From Rubripirellula sp. (GTDB lineage: Bacteria; Planctomycetota; Planctomycetia; Pirellulales; Pirellulaceae), in the NCBI GenBank assembly GCA_965216875.1, contig OZ244207.1, forward strand, positions 2,688,001-2,752,000: a stretch of DNA of 64,000 nt. Reading direction: 5' to 3'. Position numbers and translations under genes: made by a program. Shown here piece by piece: positions 9,382 to 18,688 of this stretch. The notes under the pieces were generated by a model. The model saw only the letters and a list, made by a program, of their open reading frames with translations. It did not search any database and was not told the DNA's origin. Positions within the stretch are counted from its first letter, which is position 1; each line of letters opens with the position of its first letter.

Positions 9382-11619
9382 CTAGGCGGCAAGTGATCCC
9401 GCGTAGCCGCGGCGTTTCTTCTTTTTCTTTGGCGGCTTCGGTAGCTCAACCAAGGTTGCACCTTCAATCGACGCGAGAACGGCGCAGTGCACCAGACAAT
9501 CGAAAAGGTGATTGTCCTTTCCTTTTTCTTCGGCCCAGATGTCGCCGCGTCGCTTCTCGCCAATGACGTGCGTTCGCTTCTCTGATCGGCAGTGCTCTGC
9601 GACCATGCGATGCTCGGTCTTGTATCGCGGTCGCGGCTTTGGAAGGCACAGAGATCCCTTGTCGCCGTCGCGAACGCCAAACCGGTTGTGGATGAACGTT
9701 TTCCAATAGTTCACGTCTGAGAGAACGTGACGGCCGCCTCCCTTTGTGCGGCGAACGATCCAGTGGTGGCCTTTCTTTTCGCCCTCGTGCTTTTTCCACG
9801 CCTCCATGGGCGCGTTGGTTGGCTTGATGCCTTGTCCGAATGTGGGCATCACGTTGGCAGCGTGGTCGCTGATCCTTCCAACCTCCTGGACGACGGTTGT
9901 CACTGGTCCCCATGCGGCATCGATTCCGATTCGTCGCACTCGATGGATGTCGCCGCCGGGCGTTTTGAATTCGCGATCGGCGAGCAGCTTGACCAAGTCG
10001 ATCAGCCCCGCCTTGGTTCGCCCCTCGAGCCCAGCGCCTTTGTACTTCTTGGCGAGCGTATGTCGAACTCCCGAAAGTTGGAAGTGTGCGACCTTCTGAT
10101 CGGGATAGGCACCGTAGTCGATGATCCAACCAGAGAAGTCCGAGCTACGCCATGCAACGACCATCCAATACAGGCATTTGCCTTGGATATCGACGAACGC
10201 TGTGAGCGTGTCGGCTGCCGGCGGGACGACACCACGCAGATAGCCGCTTTGCTTGGCGATCAATTCGTCGACGGTGAGCAGCTCGGTATCCTCGTGCGGA
10301 TCCCGCGGCTCATTCATGTACTCACACCAAAACGCGTTCTCGTCGCGCAGGAGCAAGTTGTAAGCGTGCTGAATCGCTGACAGCTCGCCTTTGCCTTTGC
10401 GGTAGCGTTCCTCCCAGCCGACGCGCGCACCGCGGTCCATCTTCTTGCGATGCTTGCGATAGAACTCGGTCGCTGCGTCGAGCCCGCGGCCGGATGCGAG
10501 CTCCTCGGCCAAGATCTCGGCGTATTGATCCCACAGCTCTTCGTTCTCGGGCCAATCGTAAACGAGTTTGAATCGTTCGCCCTGCCAATCGGGATACTCT
10601 TCGTGATCGAGCAGTCGATCGGCGACGTCACCTTTTCGAATGACGGTACAGAGCAAGAATCCGGCAATGTCTTTGCCGGGCCCAGCCAGGCCAAGAATGT
10701 CACCTTGAATCGTCTCGAGGCGATCGTCGCACTGCGTGTCGCTCTTGGCCGACTTCTTGGTTTGCGGATCGTCAATGATCACGATGTCCGGACGCAGCGT
10801 CTCGCCAGTGGGCGCCGCGTGCTGCATCCCGCGGATCGATCCGGTCATGCCAGCGATCTCGATGATCGCACCGCTGCAGGGTGCCTTTGGCACCGTCGCC
10901 AAAACGAGCGACGTTTTGGTCCATTCGATGTGCGTTCGCTCGCCACCGATCGTTTGACCGCGGCAACGGTTGGCGATTCCCTCGAGCCGGCGAACTGGAT
11001 AGCAGGCCTCGGGATAGAGCTCGAGCAGGCGATCGTTCGTTTCGAATGCGACTTTGATCGTCCGCAGGAGCTTTTTCGCGTGGCCGGCCGTCGGACCGAT
11101 CAAAGCGACGTAGCGACGTCGGCCGGTGACCATCGCCCAGATCACAGCGCAGATGATCAGCGTCGTTTTTCCGGATCCACGGGGCATCGACAGCGCAAAA
11201 AGCAGGCCGTCGACGATCGACGCCTCCATCTTGGCGATCGCCTTTTCGTGGTCGGGCGAAAAGTCCTTGTCGAACTTCTCGGGGAAGATCTCGAGGCAGA
11301 AGTACTTCAGCGACGCGTCGCACTTCTTTCGAATCGGTTTGTTCTCGGCAGTGATCGCCGGCATACCCGATTCGATGTCGCGACCCTCGGCCGACTGATC
11401 GGCTTGTCGCTGACGCTCGCGTTCTTTGCGAGCCTCGTATTTGTTGGCTGCGTCGTCGCTACTTGGCTTTTTGGGCGCCGAACGTTTGGCCGGCGAGCCT
11501 TCAGCTTTCTTCGATTTGGGCGCGGACCGTTTTGACGGCCGCGACTTGGCGACACTCTTTTCGGCCGGTTTCGATCGCCCGCGACGACTAGGCGCCTTCG
11601 TGGCTTTCTTTTTCGGCAT
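9382..11619 (-). CDS. Terminase large subunit (lambda gpA family)
   Basis: Walker A MPRGSGKTT, Walker B IVIIDD, nuclease AFVDIQ and NHLFDC; start taken at MPKKKAT. Confidence 0.95.
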   Translation of the reverse strand: MPKKKATKAPSRRGRSKPAEKSVAKSRPSKRSAPKSKKAEGSPAKRSAPKKPSSDDAANKYEARKERERQRQADQSAEGRDIESGMPAITAENKPIRKKCDASLKYFCLEIFPEKFDKDFSPDHEKAIAKMEASIVDGLLFALSMPRGSGKTTLIICAVIWAMVTGRRRYVALIGPTAGHAKKLLRTIKVAFETNDRLLELYPEACYPVRRLEGIANRCRGQTIGGERTHIEWTKTSLVLATVPKAPCSGAIIEIAGMTGSIRGMQHAAPTGETLRPDIVIIDDPQTKKSAKSDTQCDDRLETIQGDILGLAGPGKDIAGFLLCTVIRKGDVADRLLDHEEYPDWQGERFKLVYDWPENEELWDQYAEILAEELASGRGLDAATEFYRKHRKKMDRGARVGWEERYRKGKGELSAIQHAYNLLLRDENAFWCEYMNEPRDPHEDTELLTVDELIAKQSGYLRGVVPPAADTLTAFVDIQGKCLYWMVVAWRSSDFSGWIIDYGAYPDQKVAHFQLSGVRHTLAKKYKGAGLEGRTKAGLIDLVKLLADREFKTPGGDIHRVRRIGIDAAWGPVTTVVQEVGRISDHAANVMPTFGQGIKPTNAPMEAWKKHEGEKKGHHWIVRRTKGGGRHVLSDVNYWKTFIHNRFGVRDGDKGSLCLPKPRPRYKTEHRMVAEHCRSEKRTHVIGEKRRGDIWAEEKGKDNHLFDCLVHCAVLASIEGATLVELPKPPKKKKKRRGYAGSLAA

Positions 11620-11839
11620 AGGTCCTGCGAAGTTCGGGCCCAGAGATCCCTTTCGATTCCGCAATCGCACACCACAGGCGTTCGCGATCTTCCTCGCAAT
11701 CTTCGAGCTTGGCTTTGGTGGCTTTGTGGTCAGCCAGGTGCATGCGCCACAGATAGCCAACCGCCGACGTGCAGGCGATCGCGTAGACTTCCGGTCTAAC
11801 GCCGGCGAGCATTTCGCCGGCGAGCATTAGCATTGTCAC
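11588..11839 (-). CDS. Small membrane protein with coiled coil (holin-like, putative)
   Basis: One hydrophobic segment (VYAIACTSAVGYLW) followed by a charged coil; lysis-cassette position. Confidence 0.5.
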   Translation of the reverse strand: MTMLMLAGEMLAGVRPEVYAIACTSAVGYLWRMHLADHKATKAKLEDCEEDRERLWCAIAESKGISGPELRRTYAEKESHEGA

Positions 11840-11878
11840 GGTGCCCCCCGGTACCGTTATCGAACGCTGTCGCGCGTC

Positions 11879-12739
11879 CTAGAGTTGCGGTCGATTGTGC
11901 GGCTGCCCCGTTCCGCCGATCAACGAACCATCGCGAGTGCCGACAGCTGGCGCACCATCGGGCAGCGCCTGCCCTTGGCGTGCGAGCTCCGCATCATCGA
12001 CCGGATAGGCTGCCAGGTTCGTCACGATCTCGTTTGCTGGGATCCCGCGGAACAACGGCCGCAGATCATCTTCGGTCGTTCGCGAGTGAATGGGGCCCGG
12101 TGTGTCGAGCGCCTCGAGGTTCATTGCGAACGGCGAGATATCGTAGGCGTTGTAGTGAGCCGTCTCGAATTTGAAACCTTCGGCAACTACCGTCTCGCGA
12201 GGCAACTGCAGCAGCTCGACGCCAATCAGGATCCGGATCTCCTGGAAGTACTTCCAGATGTCTTGGGCAAACTGTTGGGTGATCGTCAGCGCGAGATTGT
12301 TGTCCGAGTGCTGGTAGATGTTCGTTAGCGCGATCATCGTCAGCGTGTTGTATTCGATCAACCAATGGTTCCGAACTGCCGGCCCATGGAAGAACGGCAC
12401 AGGGTGAATGTTCCACGGCTTCGAATCCGCGGTTGCGTGGCCCTCCTCGAGCCGGATGTCGCTATCGACCTTCATACGGCTTTGCAGCTTCGTGTGAATC
12501 CGATTGTTCATCTGGCAGAGTCGCTCGACGGTGTTGCGGCTCGGCGGCTGCGTGCGCTGCGCGTCGATGTGCGTCATCACAAACAGCTGACCCTTCGAGA
12601 TCTCATCAGCCAGGCCGTGAATCGGCGTCGACAACGTTCCGTAATTATTGCCGAAGTTGGGCACCGCGAATCCCATCTCTGCCCACGGTGCGACGTTGTA
12701 GAGTTGCGGTCGATCGGATCCGAAAATCGTTCTGCTCAT
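11879..12739 (-). CDS. Phage hypothetical protein
   Basis: 286 aa ORF with AGGAGG RBS; no recognisable motif. Confidence 0.8.
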   Translation of the reverse strand: MSRTIFGSDRPQLYNVAPWAEMGFAVPNFGNNYGTLSTPIHGLADEISKGQLFVMTHIDAQRTQPPSRNTVERLCQMNNRIHTKLQSRMKVDSDIRLEEGHATADSKPWNIHPVPFFHGPAVRNHWLIEYNTLTMIALTNIYQHSDNNLALTITQQFAQDIWKYFQEIRILIGVELLQLPRETVVAEGFKFETAHYNAYDISPFAMNLEALDTPGPIHSRTTEDDLRPLFRGIPANEIVTNLAAYPVDDAELARQGQALPDGAPAVGTRDGSLIGGTGQPHNRPQL

Positions 12740-12751
12740 GGATTGGCCCTC

Positions 12752-14380
12752 CTAGGCCTGCTGGTTTTCGTCGGTCCAACCGACGGTCAACGGCTTTTCT
12801 GCTGGTACTTCGCCGGCGGCACGTTTGCCGGCGGTGATTTGCTCAGTCACCGAGCGCAGTCGCTTGATAATCGGCGAATGCTGTGGGAACCGTTCTTGCT
12901 CGCGTCGCATCGCCTCTTTCATGGCCTCAGCTTCCTGATCCACAACTGGGACGCGAACGGTTCGCACGGCCGGTTCCGCGGAAACGGCGCTCGGTGTCTC
13001 TCGGGGTGGGGGTGGCGGCGGCGCAGGTGGCGGCGGTGGATCACTTGCCGGATGCCAATCGTCAAAAGGGCGGCGGCGGGGTTCCTCCTCAGGATCCAGA
13101 TCACGCCGCCGGCGTCGATTCCAATACGCTTTCAGGGCCGAGAGCCCGATCATTCCGAACGCACCACCAGGCACAGCAAGGTTCAAACCGTAGGCGGCCG
13201 AGATCCTCGTCGCTGCTTCCACCCAACTAAAGCGGCCGCTCGCTTTCTTGTCGACCGATTCGATCGAGGCCTCGGCCGTTGTGAGTTTGGTTGTGAATTG
13301 ATCGAGACGCGACGCGATCGATCCCTGCAGCGAGTCGAGATTCGTGTTGGCCGCTGCGATCGCGTTCTTGGTGGCCATCAGATCGTGAGTCGTCGCATAG
13401 CCACTAAGCGAGTCGACCGGTGCCAGGTTGGTGACGATCTTTTCGAGCTCATCGCGTTTGACGAATTGCTCGAGCTCGTCGCGCGTAACGTAGCCCGATA
13501 GATCAGGTTGCTTGGCCGGAATCGATGCAGCTGGTAGCGACGGCGTTGCCATTGGCGAGCGATCGCCCCGGATCGGGCCGGCCGACGGGATGCTCCCGCC
13601 GGCCGGATTCACAGTCCGTCCCCCCCTAGGAATTGGACTTTGAATGATCTGCCCTCTGTAGACCGGTTGAGCGTTAGAGCAGTTTCCGAAGCTGTCGCAT
13701 TGGCCGTAGACGCTTTGAGCTTCGCGAGCGTCTCGTCGCTGTGACAGTCGTGGAAAGACGCGACGGAGTGCGTTGCGGATCCGCGACATTGGCACCGCCA
13801 GACAACCACGTTCACGAACAAGTGAGCTGTGCATCAGGCCGGCAACCTTGCCCGCATGATAGACCGGTCCGCCTGACATTCCCTGCGGAATCGTCTCTGA
13901 GAACTCGAGATGCCCTTGGTTGTAGGACGAGTGGCGAAGCTGAGCGTTTAGCACTCGCATCTCTCTGCCGTACGGATACCCGATCAGATTCACTGCGGCA
14001 CCTGGTGTCAGATCTGAATCGAGCAAAGGCACGGCCGGCGGCGGGTTGGCTGCGAGTCCGGAGATCACCGCAACATCGTCGCCAGCATCGGGATTGCCGA
14101 CGTAGTGCAGCTGATCGATCGAGACGGGCGCGTGACTCGGAAAGTAGCAAGTGCACGAATCACGCTCACGCACGAAGTCGCGGAAGTTGTGCGCGTTGGT
14201 GAGCACATAGACGCGATTGCCGTCGACGGCCACAGCGACCCCGGATCCAAAACCCGAACCACTTGGTTCGGCGCATTGGACTCGCGCGACAGAGTCAGTG
14301 AAGTTTGGTGGCGACGCGCCGGCTTTTGCCGCGACAGCAAAACAAAGCACTAGCGCGCCGCCGAGGGAATGACGATGCAT
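12752..14380 (-). CDS. Exported trypsin-like serine protease with coiled coil and C-terminal hydrophobic anchor
   Basis: Signal-peptide-like N-terminus; catalytic triad motifs LTNAH, DDVAVI, GMSGGP; hydrophobic segment followed by RRRRR. Confidence 0.88.
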   Translation of the reverse strand: MHRHSLGGALVLCFAVAAKAGASPPNFTDSVARVQCAEPSGSGFGSGVAVAVDGNRVYVLTNAHNFRDFVRERDSCTCYFPSHAPVSIDQLHYVGNPDAGDDVAVISGLAANPPPAVPLLDSDLTPGAAVNLIGYPYGREMRVLNAQLRHSSYNQGHLEFSETIPQGMSGGPVYHAGKVAGLMHSSLVRERGCLAVPMSRIRNALRRVFPRLSQRRDAREAQSVYGQCDSFGNCSNAQPVYRGQIIQSPIPRGGRTVNPAGGSIPSAGPIRGDRSPMATPSLPAASIPAKQPDLSGYVTRDELEQFVKRDELEKIVTNLAPVDSLSGYATTHDLMATKNAIAAANTNLDSLQGSIASRLDQFTTKLTTAEASIESVDKKASGRFSWVEAATRISAAYGLNLAVPGGAFGMIGLSALKAYWNRRRRRDLDPEEEPRRRPFDDWHPASDPPPPPAPPPPPPRETPSAVSAEPAVRTVRVPVVDQEAEAMKEAMRREQERFPQHSPIIKRLRSVTEQITAGKRAAGEVPAEKPLTVGWTDENQQA

Positions 14381-14386
14381 AGCGAC

Positions 14387-14836
14387 CTACTTCTCGCTAA
14401 TGAACGAAACCGATCCCGCTTTCTTGGACGGTTTCATGCCGCGAATGGACTTGAGCCAGGCGTCAGCCTCAGCACGAGCCAGCTCGCTGACGCCTAGCGT
14501 TTGTTCCAGTTGATATCGCTGTCGCAGCTTATACAGGAGCTTCTGACGCTTGGCCTTGGGCATCTCCTGCAGAACGGCTCCGAGGATCTCCGCGGCCGGA
14601 GCTGCTGAGTTTGCGGAGCCTTCCCAAGACGTGCCCACATTCAGATTGCCGCAGATTGGCACGTTGATTTTGAAGCGGCCGAATGTCCCGAGCAGCGCCC
14701 CTTTGATCGGGTACTGCTTGCCCTCTTGAATGTCGACGCGAACGAACTGCTTCTCGCAGAACTTCATCGCTGCAGCGAAGAGCTGATTCTTGTAATCGTT
14801 TCGCTGCAGGTCACGACTTACTGCCTTCGTGGCCAT
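14387..14836 (-). CDS. Phage hypothetical protein, first gene of the late operon
   Basis: Start at MATKAVSRD after a GGGGGA RBS; the longer ORF start runs through the structured leader. Confidence 0.75.
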   Translation of the reverse strand: MATKAVSRDLQRNDYKNQLFAAAMKFCEKQFVRVDIQEGKQYPIKGALLGTFGRFKINVPICGNLNVGTSWEGSANSAAPAAEILGAVLQEMPKAKRQKLLYKLRQRYQLEQTLGVSELARAEADAWLKSIRGMKPSKKAGSVSFISEK

Positions 14837-14851
14837 GCCAATTCCCCCCAC

Positions 14852-14930
14852 GTGCGCCAACACGCTGCGAGTCCGCATCCGTGCGAACCAGGACCGTCGA
14901 TCCATCGACACTCGCAGCGCGTTGGCGCAC
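14852..14930 (-). promoter_or_regulatory. Structured late-leader RNA: 21-bp stem enclosing two GGA-loop hairpins (CsrA-type sites)
   Basis: Arms 14852-14872 and 14910-14930 (the single mismatch is G-U on the minus strand); internal GUCGA-UGGA-UCGAC and CGCA-CGGA-UGCG. Confidence 0.7.
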
Positions 14931-14983
14931 AAAAAAACCCAAGGTCTTATGTCGGCGCATATTGCGCCACAAATGGCCCTGGG
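14931..14983 (-). terminator. Leader terminator upstream of the late operon
   Basis: Long imperfect hairpin CCCAGGG...GGCGCA-AUA-UGCGCC...CCUUGGG followed by U7. Confidence 0.65.
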
Positions 14984-14994
14984 AATTGAACCGC

Positions 14995-15024
14995 ACCTTA
15001 CTGTACAGTCCGAAAACGCCGCAA
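14995..15024 (-). promoter_or_regulatory. Candidate sigma70-like late promoter
   Basis: TTGCGG-N18-TAAGGT on the minus strand, just upstream of the leader terminator. Confidence 0.4.
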
Positions 15025-15045
15025 TAGGAATCAGGGAGGGGGACT

Positions 15046-15576
15046 ATGTTGGTGGAATTGATCGCTTTGATCGATTCGATTCCCGATTGGGAATCAAAGT
15101 CGATCGAAGACCTTCACGAATTGATCACGCGCGAAGATCCGCGGCGACTTCCAAAGGACGTCGCCCATCTCGATCTCGCGAATCTCGCTGATCGAATCGA
15201 CGTCGAAGTTGCCGAGACGTTGGTGGTTAAGATCACTGAGGCCGGAATGCCGGCAATGGCTCAATCACTCGTCGCGCGCGGTCTGGACTTTGGAAGTCCC
15301 AAGATCCAAAAGAAACTCGATGAACTTGCCGGCGCCGGTGTGCTGCCTGGTTCGTTAGCCGAAAAGCTAAGGAGCTTTGGTGTCGATCGTCGCTCCCAAT
15401 GGCAACGGATCAGCGACAAGCCTGATCCGAGTGTCGACGATGTCGAGGCGGCCGTCTTCTCGCTTCGCATGAATCGTCAGCTCGAGAACGCCAAGGCAAT
15501 CTTTGCACAGCGGATGGGCGTTGGCGATGATCCCGCCACGGTTTGGTCAGGCGCCTGGAAGGATGCCGAGCACTGA
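15046..15576 (+). CDS. Phage hypothetical protein (first gene of the divergent cassette)
   Basis: 176 aa; GGAGG RBS; TGATG coupling to the next gene. Confidence 0.8.
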   Translation: MLVELIALIDSIPDWESKSIEDLHELITREDPRRLPKDVAHLDLANLADRIDVEVAETLVVKITEAGMPAMAQSLVARGLDFGSPKIQKKLDELAGAGVLPGSLAEKLRSFGVDRRSQWQRISDKPDPSVDDVEAAVFSLRMNRQLENAKAIFAQRMGVGDDPATVWSGAWKDAEH

Positions 15577-16685
15577 TGCCATACGCGCACTATTATGTCG
15601 ACGCATCGATTGGCAACGATGATCTAGCCACAGGTCGCGGTGAGTCACCGGGTGACCCATGGGCAACCTACGAACATGCGGTAACTGCGTTGGGAACTCT
15701 ATCCCAGACGACGCAAGTGAACATCAAGGGAACGCAGAGTATCACCGCAACGCAACCGATGCCGGGTGGTATGTCCTTTAGTCGCGTCTTCGCGATCCGA
15801 GGCTACACGAGCGTTGCAAATGACGGCGGACTGTTCACCTTCGACATGCAAGGAAACAGCAACCCGATTATCGACACCACCGCAACAGGTTTGCACATTG
15901 CTGACGGTGATTTCTTAAACACTGGAGCAGCCGCATACGCCGTCAGGTTCCAGCAGTACAGCGCGGCGGCAAACATCTACGTCGCTGGTGGCGATGGCGA
16001 TGGCATTCGGCTTGGTGGTTCTTCTAGTGCGATTTGCTGCGGTGTTGAAAACATGGGCGGCTACGGGATCTACGCTGACTCAAGCAACGGCAGGGTTATG
16101 GGCTGTTGGCTGAAGAACGGAGCGAGCAACAAGTTCTCCTACGCAATTGGACTTGGCGGATCTGGTAGCCTCGCAGTCGGCAACATGGTTGCGATCGACG
16201 GGAGCTCAGTTGGAATCTGGCAATACTCATTCCCCGGTTACGTTGAAGGAAACAGCATTATCGGGATGGGTACAGGCACGCCAACAGGCATCCTGTGGAA
16301 CAACAACGCACTCGGCGGGATTTTGGCAAGCAACGTTCTCGATGGATTGAACATTGGAATCAATTCAAGCATCTCTAACCGATACGGCATCCTCTACGGA
16401 CACAATGCATTCGGAAACAATACGACCGATGTCAGCGGAGCCGTTTCCGATGTCTTCACAGTCGAAAAATCCAACGAGTTCCTCGGCGCAACGGCGATCA
16501 TCGGCCGAACGGGATCCAATGCATTCCGCAGTCACGAAGGCTATTGGGGGCTGAACGACGTCGGCACCGTCCGCACAAATGGTTACGGGCCAGGGCGAAG
16601 CATTGGGGCTGTTCATCATCAAGGTAGCGGCGGCGGTGGTAGTCCTTCTGTTTCTGGTTACTCACTCGCGAGACTTGTGCAATGA
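15576..16685 (+). CDS. Right-handed beta-helix (pectin-lyase-like) protein; possible tailspike/virion appendage
   Basis: YYVDASIGND N-terminus; G/N/S-rich repeated GI-x motifs (DGIRL, YGIYA, VGIWQ, TGILW, IGINS). Confidence 0.75.
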   Translation: MPYAHYYVDASIGNDDLATGRGESPGDPWATYEHAVTALGTLSQTTQVNIKGTQSITATQPMPGGMSFSRVFAIRGYTSVANDGGLFTFDMQGNSNPIIDTTATGLHIADGDFLNTGAAAYAVRFQQYSAAANIYVAGGDGDGIRLGGSSSAICCGVENMGGYGIYADSSNGRVMGCWLKNGASNKFSYAIGLGGSGSLAVGNMVAIDGSSVGIWQYSFPGYVEGNSIIGMGTGTPTGILWNNNALGGILASNVLDGLNIGINSSISNRYGILYGHNAFGNNTTDVSGAVSDVFTVEKSNEFLGATAIIGRTGSNAFRSHEGYWGLNDVGTVRTNGYGPGRSIGAVHHQGSGGGGSPSVSGYSLARLVQ

Positions 16686-18238
16686 GCGAAGTAGTTCAAA
16701 ACAGCACGCGAAAGTTCAAAGTGTTCATGGTCGACGCTACGACCAAAGAACCAATAGACGATCTCCTGCCAAGCGACTTTACGGTCTATCTCAACAAACC
16801 AGGCCTCTCCGATGCAACGACCATTCCGTCGATCGCAAATCGCGGACATGGTTGGTATGAGATCACCCCGATTGCGGCCGATCGCGATACGATCGGCGAG
16901 TCAGGTTGGACGTTCACTGCAACCGGTGCCGATCCCTACCCGCGGCTCGAGAACGTGATCGCGATCGATAAAGATGATCCTCAGCGCGCTGGATTGGGCG
17001 CACTGCCGGAAACTGACGTCGCCTCGACCGTTCCTGCGATGCAGGCCGTCGCTGACGACTTCAAAGCGACGGGGTTTGCGGAACCAGGCGACGCGATGAG
17101 TTTGATCGACGATGCAGTCGGCCGCGACCAAATCGAAGATGGCGCGATCAATGAAGACAAGATCGCTCCAAATGCGATCGGAGCTTCGCAGGTCTCAAAC
17201 GGGGCGGTCGCGAAATTCGAAGGTGCGCTGCTTAACGATGGCGACGGCTCTGCGCTATTGGCCGCGATTGTTGCGGCGATCGATGCGGCCGACATTGATG
17301 CAGATTTGCTTCCCGGCTTGATCGTCAATGCGTTGTTTGATCGCGTGCTCGCAGGCAACCACGAAACGGCCGGCACGTTTGGGCGAATCGTCCAAGACGT
17401 GCTGCAGCATACCGGCACCGCGATCCCCACGTCGATCAATGATGTTCCGAGTTTGGTCGTCGCTGCAATGCAGGCTGTTGCGGACAGCTTCAAGGCGGAC
17501 ACTGCAGGCCTCTCGACGCACTCAGCTGCCGATGTGTGGGCTGTTGTCGAAAGGACGCTCACCGAGGGCACACGGGACGCTCAGATCGACGCTGTGAAGC
17601 TAAAGTCAGATCAGATGCAGTTCTCCGGTGGATTGCTCGAGGTGATCGTTCACGACTTCCTGACGGCTGCTCTGCAGCAATTCATCACCGTTGACACCGG
17701 TTTCAGCTCGGCCGGCACGCGAAGCGTCGCAGCAATCAGCCAAGGATCCGGAGGCGGTGGAGGTGGCGGCGGACCGGTCACGATCGACTATGGGGAGATT
17801 TCCGCATCGCTCGCACTCACCCTCTCACGCCTGGTTGTGAAAGCGTCAACGCTGTCGAGCGTCGATCATGTCGTCGCGCGTGGCACAACTTGGCGGATCC
17901 CGATAGAAGAGTTGCCCGCCGCTTGGACAAAGGTCGAGATCACAGCGCGATCCAATCCCGACGCGTCGCAATCGTCGAGCCTCTTTCACGTGCGACTCAG
18001 CAATCCGACGGACGCCGAAGATGGTCTGCAAGTTTTCGCAGGATCCGGCGACGTCAACGCGTCCGATGGCGAGATCGACACGCTTGTCGATCCGCCGGTC
18101 TGTAACATCGCCGCGGCACTCACAGCAGACGCCGAGTCGTGCGAGTACTGCTACGACGTGAAAGTCTGGGAGGGTGAAGCGATCACTCGAACTTCCTACG
18201 GATTGATCACGGTTGAGAAGGACGTTACCCGGACATAA
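16682..18238 (+). CDS. Virion-associated fibre/baseplate-like protein with Ig-like end domains
   Basis: Acidic, Ala-rich, Gly linker; C-terminal YCYDVKV...G.ITVEKDVTR resembles BppU-like phage domains; ATGA coupling. Confidence 0.65.
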   Translation: MSEVVQNSTRKFKVFMVDATTKEPIDDLLPSDFTVYLNKPGLSDATTIPSIANRGHGWYEITPIAADRDTIGESGWTFTATGADPYPRLENVIAIDKDDPQRAGLGALPETDVASTVPAMQAVADDFKATGFAEPGDAMSLIDDAVGRDQIEDGAINEDKIAPNAIGASQVSNGAVAKFEGALLNDGDGSALLAAIVAAIDAADIDADLLPGLIVNALFDRVLAGNHETAGTFGRIVQDVLQHTGTAIPTSINDVPSLVVAAMQAVADSFKADTAGLSTHSAADVWAVVERTLTEGTRDAQIDAVKLKSDQMQFSGGLLEVIVHDFLTAALQQFITVDTGFSSAGTRSVAAISQGSGGGGGGGGPVTIDYGEISASLALTLSRLVVKASTLSSVDHVVARGTTWRIPIEELPAAWTKVEITARSNPDASQSSSLFHVRLSNPTDAEDGLQVFAGSGDVNASDGEIDTLVDPPVCNIAAALTADAESCEYCYDVKVWEGEAITRTSYGLITVEKDVTRT

Positions 18239-18457
18239 ATCTCAGGACCGTGACTATACTCTTGGCGTCAAATGAGGTACCTGCGGACAAAGATTCAAAG
18301 CTGCTGTCTGAAGCCGATGAGGCAACACCTGCGAGCCCCAACGACTCTTCCTCTACACGTGGACGATCTTCCACTGTTTCGCGCCGCGAATCCAAACTAA
18401 ATTTACCACTACCGCGTGTTCTCGGCCGTCGGTTTCTTCGTCGCTTCCCACGCTTAT

Positions 18458-18688
18458 TCATGGCACCAACAATACTTCCCTTTCCACGCCACGGTGGCGT
18501 ATGAATACTTCACCACCCTGTTGGCTCTTTGAAATAAGTTTGTCGTAAACCGCAAGAGCACGCCGAATCACTTCGGTAACTGATTCGGCATCCGTTTCGT
18601 CCCGCAAAGTCTCAATGCGATCTCGCACGTCTTCCGACACCGCAAGATTAAGGCGGGTCATCTTCCGATTTGTTGATCGTCTTGGCAT
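18458..18688 (-). CDS. Ribbon-helix-helix (CopG-like) DNA-binding protein
   Basis: TRLNLAVS-EDVRDRIETL...SVTEVIRRAL. Confidence 0.8.
   Translation of the reverse strand: MPRRSTNRKMTRLNLAVSEDVRDRIETLRDETDAESVTEVIRRALAVYDKLISKSQQGGEVFIRHRGVEREVLLVP

Noticed and set aside
9382..11760. Longer terminase start at 11760
   Set aside because: Overlaps the holin-like ORF; the ATG at 11619 has a CAGGA RBS
15046..18238. Recombinase-invertible segment
   Set aside because: No matching inverted repeats seen at the two ends; a divergent promoter region explains the orientation
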